From a virus: DNA of 64,000 nt. The stretch lies in the IMG/VR virus record IMGVR_UViG_3300045988_123906; one strand, written 5' to 3'. Positions 45,888-54,193 of the stretch are shown piece after piece (the first letter of the stretch is position 1; every line of letters starts with the position of its first letter). Below the pieces are notes generated by a model. The model saw only the letters and a program-made list of their open reading frames with translations, was not told the DNA's origin and searched no databases. The position numbers were made by a program, and so were the translations under genes.

Positions 45888-47363
45888 ATGGCATTCACTG
45901 GTTTGCTGACGAAGCTCGGCTCGAACGAATGCAACGAATTTTTCTCTGACATCAAGAGCAGGAACAAATTCGAAACCGAAGATAACACTGTCCTGACCGT
46001 TCTCCGGGCAGTGATGAACGAGGAGCGGCTGGCGACCTTTACCGTTGATCCCGAGAACAAGGGCATCATGCAGTCTCTGGTGGTCGAGAACGAGATCCGG
46101 CTTCCGGACGATGAGAAGCTGACAGCAGCCTATTACGCTGGTGAGCGTGGTCCGTTCACAAAGATCAAGCTCGGTCTGTATTTCCATTTCATCCCCAACA
46201 AGAAAGCAGCCGATTACATCAAGCAGGTGAAAATGTTCGACGAGGACTATAAGAAGGCGGGCTGGGTTCGTCTTGAGGATGTCTCTCTGTATGTCGATCG
46301 CAGCGGTGACGCTCTGGTCTATCAGAACGAAACCAAGCAGGCGACTATGGTGTTCGCTCCTTCGCCCAAGAGAATCCAGGTCATGCAGATGATGATGAGC
46401 TGTCTGCCTCGTCTGCTTCCGTGGGCATTCAAGGATCACCCGGCAACCAGGGATGAACTCGATCTGCTGAAGATGCTGGCTGAGCAGAAGTATGACAAGT
46501 TCAATGCGGCAATCGACAAGATCTGTGCAGCTTATGACTTCTACGGCAAGAAAGTCGAAAGCATGCTCAAGGGATTCTGCAGTCAGAACTTCACCCGCTC
46601 GATCCACGATCAGGAAGAACGTGTCCGCCGGGCAGAGAACAACGTCAACGATTATATGAGCAGCGCCCGCAATGCCATGAAGCAGGTGGATGAAGAGCAG
46701 ATGAAGCTTCTGGTGCTCCGGAATCGTGCCTGCAACTCTGGAGACGATGAGAAGGAGCTGGTCGATTTCTTCAAGGCGAACAAATCTCTTATCGCTCTGG
46801 ATAAGTCCGGCAATCAGCTGTGGGTCGGCGTGAACTGCTATCTGAATGACTACAACGAAGATATCTTTAAGCAGTATGTCGAAAAGCAGGATAAGATGTC
46901 CAGCTACATCTACGAGGAGAGCCCGTATGATATGGATCTCACCAAGAAGCTGTTCCTGGCTATCTGGAAAGAGCACCGGTTCAATCTGCGTGTCTACTGC
47001 GAGTGGATTGTCTATGATGACTGCCGCGTCGAAGCCGTCAGAAGCACTAACATGAATCACCGAGAAGACCTGATGAAGAATCGTTTTCCTCAGCCGCATA
47101 TCGACCGGTTTACCTGTTACGGCGGCTATCGCGGTATGCTTCAGGATCTGGCTCTCCGCCGTGATTACATCGGCGTTTTGTCTACTCTGGTGACTTCTTC
47201 TTCCTATATCAACTGGACGGATTCTACGGTCGTCGAATGGATGATGGAAAAGCTGTTCGGCGATTATAGTAATCGGAAGTGTCTGGAAGATAAGGATGGT
47301 AATCTCTACACCATCAAACAGGTGGTTGAGATCCTGGAAAACGAAAGCAGAGAAACGGCATAA
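45888..47363 (+). CDS. large hypothetical protein of the Ubl-JAB-E1 cassette
   Basis: ATG 45888 follows AAGGAGG. 491 aa with no motif recognised by eye. The antisense ORF 45852..47099 is a shadow. Confidence 0.65.
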   Translation: MAFTGLLTKLGSNECNEFFSDIKSRNKFETEDNTVLTVLRAVMNEERLATFTVDPENKGIMQSLVVENEIRLPDDEKLTAAYYAGERGPFTKIKLGLYFHFIPNKKAADYIKQVKMFDEDYKKAGWVRLEDVSLYVDRSGDALVYQNETKQATMVFAPSPKRIQVMQMMMSCLPRLLPWAFKDHPATRDELDLLKMLAEQKYDKFNAAIDKICAAYDFYGKKVESMLKGFCSQNFTRSIHDQEERVRRAENNVNDYMSSARNAMKQVDEEQMKLLVLRNRACNSGDDEKELVDFFKANKSLIALDKSGNQLWVGVNCYLNDYNEDIFKQYVEKQDKMSSYIYEESPYDMDLTKKLFLAIWKEHRFNLRVYCEWIVYDDCRVEAVRSTNMNHREDLMKNRFPQPHIDRFTCYGGYRGMLQDLALRRDYIGVLSTLVTSSSYINWTDSTVVEWMMEKLFGDYSNRKCLEDKDGNLYTIKQVVEILENESRETA

Positions 47364-47376
47364 GGAGGTTTGAAGT

Positions 47377-48354
47377 ATGCAGCCGGTTAAGATGAATGAC
47401 GAACTGATCCAGGGAATTTTGCAGGAGTTCTATGCACAGGCTTCTGCGTTGGGTAATCTGCAGGCGGATAAGTTCTCCTTTAACAAGAATTTTTCCAAGC
47501 CTGCCAAGGACGCAGTCGAGGTGAATTTCACTCTGGAAGCTTATCACGAGATGTGTGCCCTGATCGATCACTTCAGTACCGAGGTCGCCTGGCACGGTCT
47601 GGTGAATCGCATTGATAAGACTCACTTCCAAATCACCAAGATCCTGGTTTATCCGCAGCAGGTCACGGGCGCAACAGTGAATACGGACCAGGAAAAGTAT
47701 ACGACCTGGCTGTATGAGCTGGACGATGAATCCTTTAATACGCTGCGGTTCCAGGGCCACAGTCATGTGAACATGAGCACTTCTCCCAGCGGTGTGGATA
47801 TGCAGAATCAGTGGGATCTCATTGATACTCTGAGCTCTGAGGATTACTACGTCTTTATGATCTGGAACAAGCGGCGGGAGTATAACGTCCGTGTTGTGGA
47901 CATGGCGGACAATGTCATCTACAGCGGCGATGATGTCAAGGTGACGATTGGAGAGGCCGATACGAAAGGGTTTCTCGAACAGGCGGAAGCGCTCGTCCAA
48001 AAGCCGGTCACAACCACATACAGCGGCTACAACAATGGCTACAGCGGCAACTACAATGGTGCAGCTTACTCCGGCAACTACAGCGCGGGTACAGCAGCTT
48101 ATCAGGGAGGCGCGTTCGTTGGTAACACAAGCTCCGCAGCCGCGTCCACGAAAACAAAAGCAGAAACGAAACCGGCAGCCACGACGAACCCGGCGCTGAA
48201 AACTGTCACGGGTGGAGCCGCCCCTAAGATCGATTCAGCCAAGAGCAAGGGAAGCGAATCCAATCTGATGAAGTATTATCAGGAGAATCCGAACGACCTG
48301 ATGAACAATTGGAATTCGAGCTGCTATCCCTACGCTGACGCATTCCAGGACTAA
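47377..48354 (+). CDS. JAB/MPN (JAMM) metalloprotease with Tyr/Gly/Asn-rich C-terminal region
   Basis: The JAMM motif H-x-H-x7-S-x2-D is present as HSHVNMSTSPSGVD, with an upstream Glu (EVAWHG). The C-terminus is low complexity (YSGYNNGYSGNYNGAAYSGNYSAG). Confidence 0.7.
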   Translation: MQPVKMNDELIQGILQEFYAQASALGNLQADKFSFNKNFSKPAKDAVEVNFTLEAYHEMCALIDHFSTEVAWHGLVNRIDKTHFQITKILVYPQQVTGATVNTDQEKYTTWLYELDDESFNTLRFQGHSHVNMSTSPSGVDMQNQWDLIDTLSSEDYYVFMIWNKRREYNVRVVDMADNVIYSGDDVKVTIGEADTKGFLEQAEALVQKPVTTTYSGYNNGYSGNYNGAAYSGNYSAGTAAYQGGAFVGNTSSAAASTKTKAETKPAATTNPALKTVTGGAAPKIDSAKSKGSESNLMKYYQENPNDLMNNWNSSCYPYADAFQD

Positions 48355-48368
48355 GAAAGGAAACAACA

Positions 48369-49049
48369 ATGGATCTGAGCAAAATCGAAATGGTGTTTGA
48401 CCCTGCGTCTGTTAAGGGTCGCATTCATATCATCGGCTGTGGTTCGGTCGGCTCTACTGTGGCTGAACTGCTGGCACGATACGGTCTGACCAAGTTCACT
48501 CTGTGGGATATGGACTTTGTCGAACCCAAGAATATCGTCAACCAGATGTTCTTCCAGCAGGATATCGCCCATCCCAAGGTGGAAGCTGTGGGGAACATTC
48601 TGTGCAATGTGAATCCTGATATCAAAGAGGATCTGGTTCTGATGCCCAATGGCTGGCAGGGCGAAACCGTCAAGGGTTATGTGTTCCTGGCCGTGGACAG
48701 CATCGAGATCCGCAAGCAGTTCCTGGAGAAGAATAAGTACAATCCTGAGCTGCTCGGTGTGTTCGATATCCGCACTGGCCTGTATGATGCACAGTGCTGG
48801 TCGGCCGATTGGAAGGATCGCAAGCAGATCGACAATCTGAAGAACTCCATGAACTTCACTCACGAGGAAGCAAAGGTAAGTACGCCGGTGTCTGCATGTG
48901 GCATTGTTCAGGGTGTTGCACCGACCGTTCGTTTCATCTGCTGTCTGGCGGTTACGAACTTTATCAATTTCGTGGGAGGCAACCAGCTGAAGAAGCAGAT
49001 CGTTGCAACCCCGTTCATTCTGGGTGAAGAGAGCGTCATGGCGTTCTGA
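48369..49049 (+). CDS. ThiF/E1-like adenylyltransferase
   Basis: Rossmann motif IIGCGSVGS followed by WDMDFVEPKN (the E1 D-x-D-x-V-x3-N pattern). 226 aa. Confidence 0.7.
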   Translation: MDLSKIEMVFDPASVKGRIHIIGCGSVGSTVAELLARYGLTKFTLWDMDFVEPKNIVNQMFFQQDIAHPKVEAVGNILCNVNPDIKEDLVLMPNGWQGETVKGYVFLAVDSIEIRKQFLEKNKYNPELLGVFDIRTGLYDAQCWSADWKDRKQIDNLKNSMNFTHEEAKVSTPVSACGIVQGVAPTVRFICCLAVTNFINFVGGNQLKKQIVATPFILGEESVMAF

Positions 49050-49097
49050 TAAAATCGTAAATAAAAAAATCGTGATGAATAGTTGTTTTTATAAACA

Positions 49098-49329
49098 GCG
49101 CACTTAGGCCAAGCCAAGTGTATCGAATTGTTAAGAAGAGGGGGTCCTCCCCCTGTGGCATCAACATTGCAAAACTAAACGCGTGCCGCCGGATGACGGT
49201 GCTACCACAGGGTTCGAAACGATCTTCCTGGGTCACCCGAATGCGGTTATATAGCCAATTTCAGCATCCAATCATGATCGGGACCTCCTACAGCATGCAT
49301 TATAGCCTCAAGAAACCCATTTAGATCAC
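49098..49329 (+). ncRNA. repeated noncoding element C (immediately upstream of the RT gene)
   Basis: The 5' box is GCGCACTTAGGCCAAGCC..TCGAATTGTTAAGA. This is followed by a GGGGG-TCCT-CCCCC hairpin. The 3' box ATTTAGATCAC lies 23 nt before the RT ATG. Confidence 0.45.
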
Positions 49330-49352
49330 GATGAAATCATAAAGGAGAAACA

Positions 49353-50585
49353 ATGTACATTACATATCTGAATCCTCCTAAGACTCGGCAGATCACTTTT
49401 GATGAGATCCTTGCCGGTGTCCAGAATGTAGAAGCACTGCACTATGGCGGCAGCAACACATCTACAATGACCGTGTGCCGCAATGACTTAACCGCCAAAC
49501 TTCGCGCTATCACAAATGTTCCTGAGATGATCGAGAAGTTGGTGGACTACAACGTGAAATATGCGACGCTTGAATCCAGCGATATCCCGAGTCACTATTC
49601 TCACTTTGAGATTCCAAAGAAATCTGGTGGCTGGCGACCCATTGATGCGCCAGATGAAACTCTTTCTGATGCACTGATCGAGCTGCGGGAACTGCTGAAG
49701 AGCTTTATGATCGCAGATTATCACACGAATGCTTTCGCATATATTCCCAATCGCAGCTTTATCGATGCGGTCCGTAAGCATCAGGCAGGTCACAATAAAA
49801 CCGTCGTTGATGAGGCGACCGGCATGAAAAAGGTCGTCAATTATCAGAATCATTGGGCGGTCAAGTTCGACTTCCATGGTTTCTTTCCCAGTACGACACC
49901 GGATTTTCTGCTCGGCATGATGAGTGTGATCTATCCATTTGCTCTGATCATGCGGGATGCACATGGCCGAGATGAACTGGCAAAGGCGGTCAACCTGTGC
50001 TTTCTTCGCAACGGCCTGCCGCAGGGAACTCCCATCAGTCCGTGGCTTACCAATGTGATGATGATTCCGTTTGACCACTGTATCACTCGCAAGCTGTGCT
50101 ATGGCTACAAAGCAAAGGACGGCATCGATCGCGAGTTTACTTTCACACGATATGCAGATGATATCCTCATCAGCTGTTATCATCACTTTGACCCGATGGA
50201 AATTCAGCAGATCATCATTGATGCGTTGAACTTCTTTCATGCGCCGTTTACTCTGAACGAAACGAAAACGCATTACGGCAACCGGCACTCCAGCAAGAAC
50301 TGGTGTCTCGGCTTGATGTGGAATAAGGACAATCAGATCACGGTTGGCTGGCGCAATCTTAAAATGTTCCGTTCGGCTATGACGAACTATATCGATACAA
50401 AGCAGCATGGCAGGACCTGGGAGCTGGAAGATCTGCAAAAGTTCAATGGCAAGCTCAACTATTATCACATGGTCGAGCCTGAGGTGATCGACGAGCTGGT
50501 TCGTCGTTACAATGCAAAGTTCGGCACTGATATTATTGCGATGCTCAAAGAAGATCTTCGTCCCAAAGAGGGCGTTGTTGCATAA
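49353..50585 (+). CDS. reverse transcriptase (retron/UG/Abi-like, not DGR-like)
   Basis: RT motifs present: IPKKSGGWRPIDAP, KFDFHGFFPS, GLPQGTPISPWLTN, YADDILIS and NETKT. 410 aa with no endonuclease domain seen. Confidence 0.85.
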   Translation: MYITYLNPPKTRQITFDEILAGVQNVEALHYGGSNTSTMTVCRNDLTAKLRAITNVPEMIEKLVDYNVKYATLESSDIPSHYSHFEIPKKSGGWRPIDAPDETLSDALIELRELLKSFMIADYHTNAFAYIPNRSFIDAVRKHQAGHNKTVVDEATGMKKVVNYQNHWAVKFDFHGFFPSTTPDFLLGMMSVIYPFALIMRDAHGRDELAKAVNLCFLRNGLPQGTPISPWLTNVMMIPFDHCITRKLCYGYKAKDGIDREFTFTRYADDILISCYHHFDPMEIQQIIIDALNFFHAPFTLNETKTHYGNRHSSKNWCLGLMWNKDNQITVGWRNLKMFRSAMTNYIDTKQHGRTWELEDLQKFNGKLNYYHMVEPEVIDELVRRYNAKFGTDIIAMLKEDLRPKEGVVA

Positions 50586-50617
50586 AAAATGGAGACATAC
50601 ACAAGGAGTGATGATCT

Positions 50618-50965
50618 ATGATTGAAATTATGTGCCGGGATGGAAAGGTCCCATCGAAGGAGCTCGAAAAGGTCGCGGATATGATCTACTATTCCACGGG
50701 CATCGAAACAGAGGTGGTCTACGAAGAGGATCGGAGAGCCCTAGTGTTCTGGGGCCCTGAGGATGTCAAAGAGATCGTGGAAAGTTTGAATCTGAAATCG
50801 ATCAACACAGACGATACCAATTTCTGCGATACCATTGTGGCCGCCGCAGAGCCGCGCATTCACCAGGCAATGCTGGAAGCCGGCAGAGATGTCCTGTTTG
50901 ATGAAGTCTGTGAAACGGCTGCATCCATGGGCGAACAAATCGAATTCGATGAGCCCAATCAGTAA
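50618..50965 (+). CDS. hypothetical acidic protein
   Basis: 115-aa ORF directly after the RT gene. Confidence 0.6.
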   Translation: MIEIMCRDGKVPSKELEKVADMIYYSTGIETEVVYEEDRRALVFWGPEDVKEIVESLNLKSINTDDTNFCDTIVAAAEPRIHQAMLEAGRDVLFDEVCETAASMGEQIEFDEPNQ

Positions 50966-51017
50966 TCAGTAAACAAAAAATCACTTTGCATATCGTTCCA
51001 AAAGAGCGAGCATCACG

Positions 51018-51218
51018 CCCAAGGCGGATGTTAAGAAGAATACCCCAGCAATCGGCCGCTGCACTCCGCCATAGGCCCCTGATCGTGCAGCTGGCCTCAA
51101 ACAATCCTTGTCAAGAAACACTCGTCCTTCGATCCGGGACGAAAGTCACGCGCCAGGTCGCGTGACAGAAGTCCCTGATCGTGCGTCCTCCCGTTTCCAG
51201 AGCATCGGATTTAGAAAG
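51018..51218 (+). ncRNA. repeated noncoding element D (divergent copy, downstream of the RT unit)
   Basis: Partial 5' box CCCAAGGCGGATGTTAAGAAGAA. Internal direct repeat CCCTGATCGTGC x2. Hairpin GTCACGCG-CCAG-GTCGCGTGAC. Partial 3' box GATTTAGAAAG. Confidence 0.35.
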
Positions 51219-51250
51219 TGATTTTGATAAAAAGAAAATGAGGTAGAAAT

Positions 51251-51517
51251 ATGGAATTGATGTATAAGCCAGGCGATAAAGTAATGATTCGCCCGGATCT
51301 GAACTGCCGTGAAATTTATTGCATGAGATCAGGTCGCCACAATGGGGACTATACCTACAATGTGGTTGATCAAATGGTAGATCAGGCTGGAAAGGTTTTT
51401 ACGATTCAGGGTCCTCGCCACGGAGGAGCTGGATATACTCTGGAAGAGTCTGATTATGGCTGGACCGACGAGATGTTTATTTCTATCAATGAGTGTTGCT
51501 GTGATAGCATTCTGTGA
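51251..51517 (+). CDS. CxC-tail family member P1 (tail NECCCDSIL)
   Basis: The 88-aa body shows Y-x-P-GD-x-V-x-I-R-P-DL ... M-R-S-G ... W-T-D-E-M-F. Confidence 0.7.
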   Translation: MELMYKPGDKVMIRPDLNCREIYCMRSGRHNGDYTYNVVDQMVDQAGKVFTIQGPRHGGAGYTLEESDYGWTDEMFISINECCCDSIL

Positions 51518-51525
51518 GGTGAACT

Positions 51526-51801
51526 ATGAAATACAGATACGATGTCGGTGACGCAGTGGTCGTAAAGCGAGATCTCAGAAAGAATTGCAGCTACTTTATG
51601 ATGTTCGGCCCCAATCCCAAAACATACAACACTGTTGTCGACGAAATGAAAGAGCTCGAAGGCAAGACCGTTCATATCGCAGAACATATTGATGGTCAAT
51701 ACTTCATTGAAGAAGACAATAAATCATATGCCTGGACGGATCAGATGTTCCTGACGCAGGACAAATACAGCGCTGCTTGTGTTTGCGAAAGTTTACTATG
51801 A
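51526..51801 (+). CDS. CxC-tail family member P2 (tail AACVCESLL)
   Basis: 91 aa, same body family (WTDQMF). Confidence 0.7.
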   Translation: MKYRYDVGDAVVVKRDLRKNCSYFMMFGPNPKTYNTVVDEMKELEGKTVHIAEHIDGQYFIEEDNKSYAWTDQMFLTQDKYSAACVCESLL

Positions 51802-51817
51802 TTGGAATGATTTGAAA

Positions 51818-52021
51818 ATGCAGAATCCCTGCCATTATTGTGTGGCTCCCAAGCGTTATCCCGGGTGTCACGATCACTGTCAGGAGCGCCAGCAGTACGT
51901 CGAAACTGAGCTGACACAGCAGCACCAATACAAAGAAAAGTGCCGCATGATCAACGATTTTGATAATGAGCTATACACTCATAACCTGCGTTACAGAGAA
52001 AAATATCAACACAGATATTGA
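51818..52021 (+). CDS. small Cys/His-rich protein
   Basis: Begins MQNPCHYCVAPKRYPGCHDHCQERQ. The start is uncertain (the track ORF begins at 51779). Confidence 0.5.
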   Translation: MQNPCHYCVAPKRYPGCHDHCQERQQYVETELTQQHQYKEKCRMINDFDNELYTHNLRYREKYQHRY

Positions 52022-52045
52022 TTTACATAGAAAGGATGAAGATCA

Positions 52046-52867
52046 ATGGCAGAACCGGCACGTAAGCGCAAGGATCGCGTAGTTCAGTTCCCGCAACAGC
52101 CTGGTTCCGAAGCTCACATCACCATGAGCGAAGCCGAGCTGAAGGAAATGATTTGGGACATCGTGGCTGCCGCTCGCAAGAAAAAGCGCAAGACAAAGCC
52201 AACCAACAGCCTTTATACAAAGGATGGCCGCATCAAACCTTCGCCTGCTGATCCGATTCGTTCCAAAGAGGATTTCCAGAAACTGGCGAATTATCTCGCT
52301 TCCAACGGCGACCCCAAGTTTCGTCTACGCAACAAGGCGATTTTCGTGTTCGGGTGCAGTCTGGGTATTCGTTGTGGCGATCTTCTCAGTCTGAAAACGG
52401 CCGATGTTTACGAACAGGATGGCAGTGTGAAAGAGCATGTCGAACTGATCGAAGAAAAGACCCGTAAGCGCAATGTGTGCAAGATCCCTAAGATGGCAGC
52501 TGACATTCTTGAGGATTATTTCGATGAACAGAATTTCGAGATTAGTCAATCTGATTATCTGTTTCGCAGTCGCAAGGGTGGTCCTCTGACAGTGCGCGGA
52601 TTTTATCGGATCTTGAAAGAAGCAGGGAAAGCGTGTGAGCTAGATATCGATCTGTCCACTCATACCATGCGCAAAACCTATGCAATGGCTGCACTTCAGA
52701 CAGCGAAAAAAGCTGGTACATCTGGGCAAACGATCGAGATGCTTCAAGAAAAGTTTAAGCATAGCAGCCAGCGTGTCACGATGCATTATGTCAAGGCAGA
52801 CCAGGATAAGATGGACGAAATGTCTGATCGTGTGTCGGACTGGTTCGATGATGGAGGAACGGAATGA
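52046..52867 (+). CDS. int: tyrosine recombinase / integrase
   Basis: Catalytic pattern present: GIRCGDLLSL (Arg), HTMRKTYA (H-x-x-R) and HSSQRVTMHYV (His...Tyr). 273 aa. Confidence 0.8.
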   Translation: MAEPARKRKDRVVQFPQQPGSEAHITMSEAELKEMIWDIVAAARKKKRKTKPTNSLYTKDGRIKPSPADPIRSKEDFQKLANYLASNGDPKFRLRNKAIFVFGCSLGIRCGDLLSLKTADVYEQDGSVKEHVELIEEKTRKRNVCKIPKMAADILEDYFDEQNFEISQSDYLFRSRKGGPLTVRGFYRILKEAGKACELDIDLSTHTMRKTYAMAALQTAKKAGTSGQTIEMLQEKFKHSSQRVTMHYVKADQDKMDEMSDRVSDWFDDGGTE

Positions 52868-53139
52868 CTGATTACATGTATCACCCAGGCGACAGAGTCC
52901 GCGTTCGACTTGATCTTTCGGAACATGAAGAATATAAAATGTTGTCTGGCGAAAATAAAGGTCAACGCTGGGTGATTTTTGACTGGATGAAAAAATACGC
53001 AGGACAAGAGATCGTCATTCAAAAGATCGCACAAACTAGTGGTGTTTACAGAGCACAAGGAATCGATGGCTGCATCTGGGCTGATGAGATGTTTGAGCCG
53101 CTTGTCGTGGACGAGTGCGTTTGTGATTCATTGCTGTAA
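52864..53139 (+). CDS. CxC-tail family member P3 (tail DECVCDSLL)
   Basis: 91 aa with WADEMF. It has a 4-nt overlap with the integrase stop. Confidence 0.7.
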   Translation: MTDYMYHPGDRVRVRLDLSEHEEYKMLSGENKGQRWVIFDWMKKYAGQEIVIQKIAQTSGVYRAQGIDGCIWADEMFEPLVVDECVCDSLL

Positions 53140-53160
53140 TGGAATGGAGGAAGTAGAGCA

Positions 53161-53433
53161 ATGTCAAGATATTATCAGTATAAAAACGGAGAGGAAGTGT
53201 TTGTTCGACCTGATCTGGAGCGCGGTGTTCAGTATTATATGCGTTCCGGTTACCGAGCAAATGATGTCAGTGTCACCCTTACTTATTCTCAGGCGCAGCG
53301 GCTTGGCACTGTGGTTCATATTGCCGGCAAGCGCAATGGCCGCTATTACATCGATGAAGATTATGGGTGCGATCGGTGGACGGACGAGATGTTCGCAGCA
53401 CCCAACGAATGTATCTGTACGCCGCTGCTGTGA
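53161..53433 (+). CDS. CxC-tail family member P4 (tail NECICTPLL)
   Basis: 90 aa with WTDEMF. Confidence 0.7.
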   Translation: MSRYYQYKNGEEVFVRPDLERGVQYYMRSGYRANDVSVTLTYSQAQRLGTVVHIAGKRNGRYYIDEDYGCDRWTDEMFAAPNECICTPLL

Positions 53434-53441
53434 GGTGAATT

Positions 53442-53705
53442 ATGGAAGGGAAATACCTGTACGAAATTGGCGACCTCGTAAAAGTTCGCGACGATATTGA
53501 TCGAAACATGTAGTATCGTATGCGTTCCGGTCCCAAAGCTGGACGCGAACCCGGGACTGTATATAATATCGGAAAATATAAGGGGTCAGTCCACAAAATC
53601 ATTTCTTATGAGCAGGGTTATTACAAAATCGATAATGACCCTGATCATCTGTACTGGTCTGATGAAATGTTTGAGCCGATGTCGGTAAACGAAAGCCAAC
53701 AGTAA
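53442..53705 (+). CDS. tail-less paralog P5 with in-frame TAG (53511-53513)
   Basis: Same body family (GDLVKVRDDI..[TAG]YRMRSG..WSDEMF) but ends MSVNESQQ without the Cys tail. The TAG aligns with Gln in paralog P4 (GVQYYMRSG). Confidence 0.55.
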
Positions 53706-53721
53706 CATTGTGACATTGGAT

Positions 53722-53871
53722 ATGTCGGAACTTCATGGGCAGTTGGTTCATATTAAAGATTATTCTTCTCACGGGCACTATATCGTAGAAGAAACATATG
53801 ATTTTAGATGGACTGATGACATGTTTTCTGGTTTGGCAAACAATGAGTGCTGCTGCGAATCTCTGTTATAA
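53722..53871 (+). CDS. half-length paralog P6 (tail NECCCESLL)
   Basis: The 49-aa product matches only the C-terminal half of the family (GQLVHIKD...RWTDDMF) plus the tail. It is below the ORF-track cutoff; GTG 53710 is an alternative start. Confidence 0.45.
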   Translation: MSELHGQLVHIKDYSSHGHYIVEETYDFRWTDDMFSGLANNECCCESLL

Positions 53872-53882
53872 GGAGGCACAAG

Positions 53883-54173
53883 TTGCAAGATACAAAATAT
53901 CATGTAGGCGATGTCGTTATTGTCCGCCAGGATTTAGATTTTAGAAAATGTTATTGGATGCGATCAGGTGGAAAAGAAAACGCTCCTTGGAGGAACGTTG
54001 TTTCAGATGTTGTAACTGAAGACATGATAGAGCTTTGTGGACAGACTATCGAAATCGAAGAAATAGTCGATACGGTCGATGGTAAAAAATACAGAGCAAG
54101 AGGTCGCTACTGGACAGACGACATGTTTTCTGACCAAATCGGCAATGAATGTTACTGTGAATCACTTCTGTAA
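53883..54173 (+). CDS. CxC-tail family member P7 (tail NECYCESLL)
   Basis: TTG start 6 nt after AGGAGG. 96 aa with YWTDDMF. Confidence 0.65.
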   Translation: MQDTKYHVGDVVIVRQDLDFRKCYWMRSGGKENAPWRNVVSDVVTEDMIELCGQTIEIEEIVDTVDGKKYRARGRYWTDDMFSDQIGNECYCESLL

Positions 54174-54193
54174 ATTTGAAAGGAGAAATTATC

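Noticed and set aside
49098-51218. Diversity-generating retroelement (TR/VR pair) around the RT
   Set aside because: No pair of ~100-bp repeats differing mainly at adenines was seen. RT motif 4 is of the QGxxxSP type rather than the DGR-type. The flanking elements share only short terminal boxes.
49098-51218. Group II intron interpretation of element C + RT + element D
   Set aside because: There is no GUGYG-like 5' end and no recognisable domain V. Elements with the same boxes (A and B) occur without any RT. No split host gene flanks the unit.
23007-54173. The shared gene ends acting as DNA-level recombination sites (integron attC-like cassettes serviced by the nearby tyrosine recombinase)
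   Set aside because: The conserved residues are encoded by many synonymous codons, so nucleotide identity across copies is low. Conservation is at the peptide level.
23007-54173. The tail as a CaaX-type prenylation box
   Set aside because: The last Cys is five residues from the C-terminus (C-[ED]-S-L-L), not four, and position a1 is acidic. Prenylation machinery is also not expected in bacteria.
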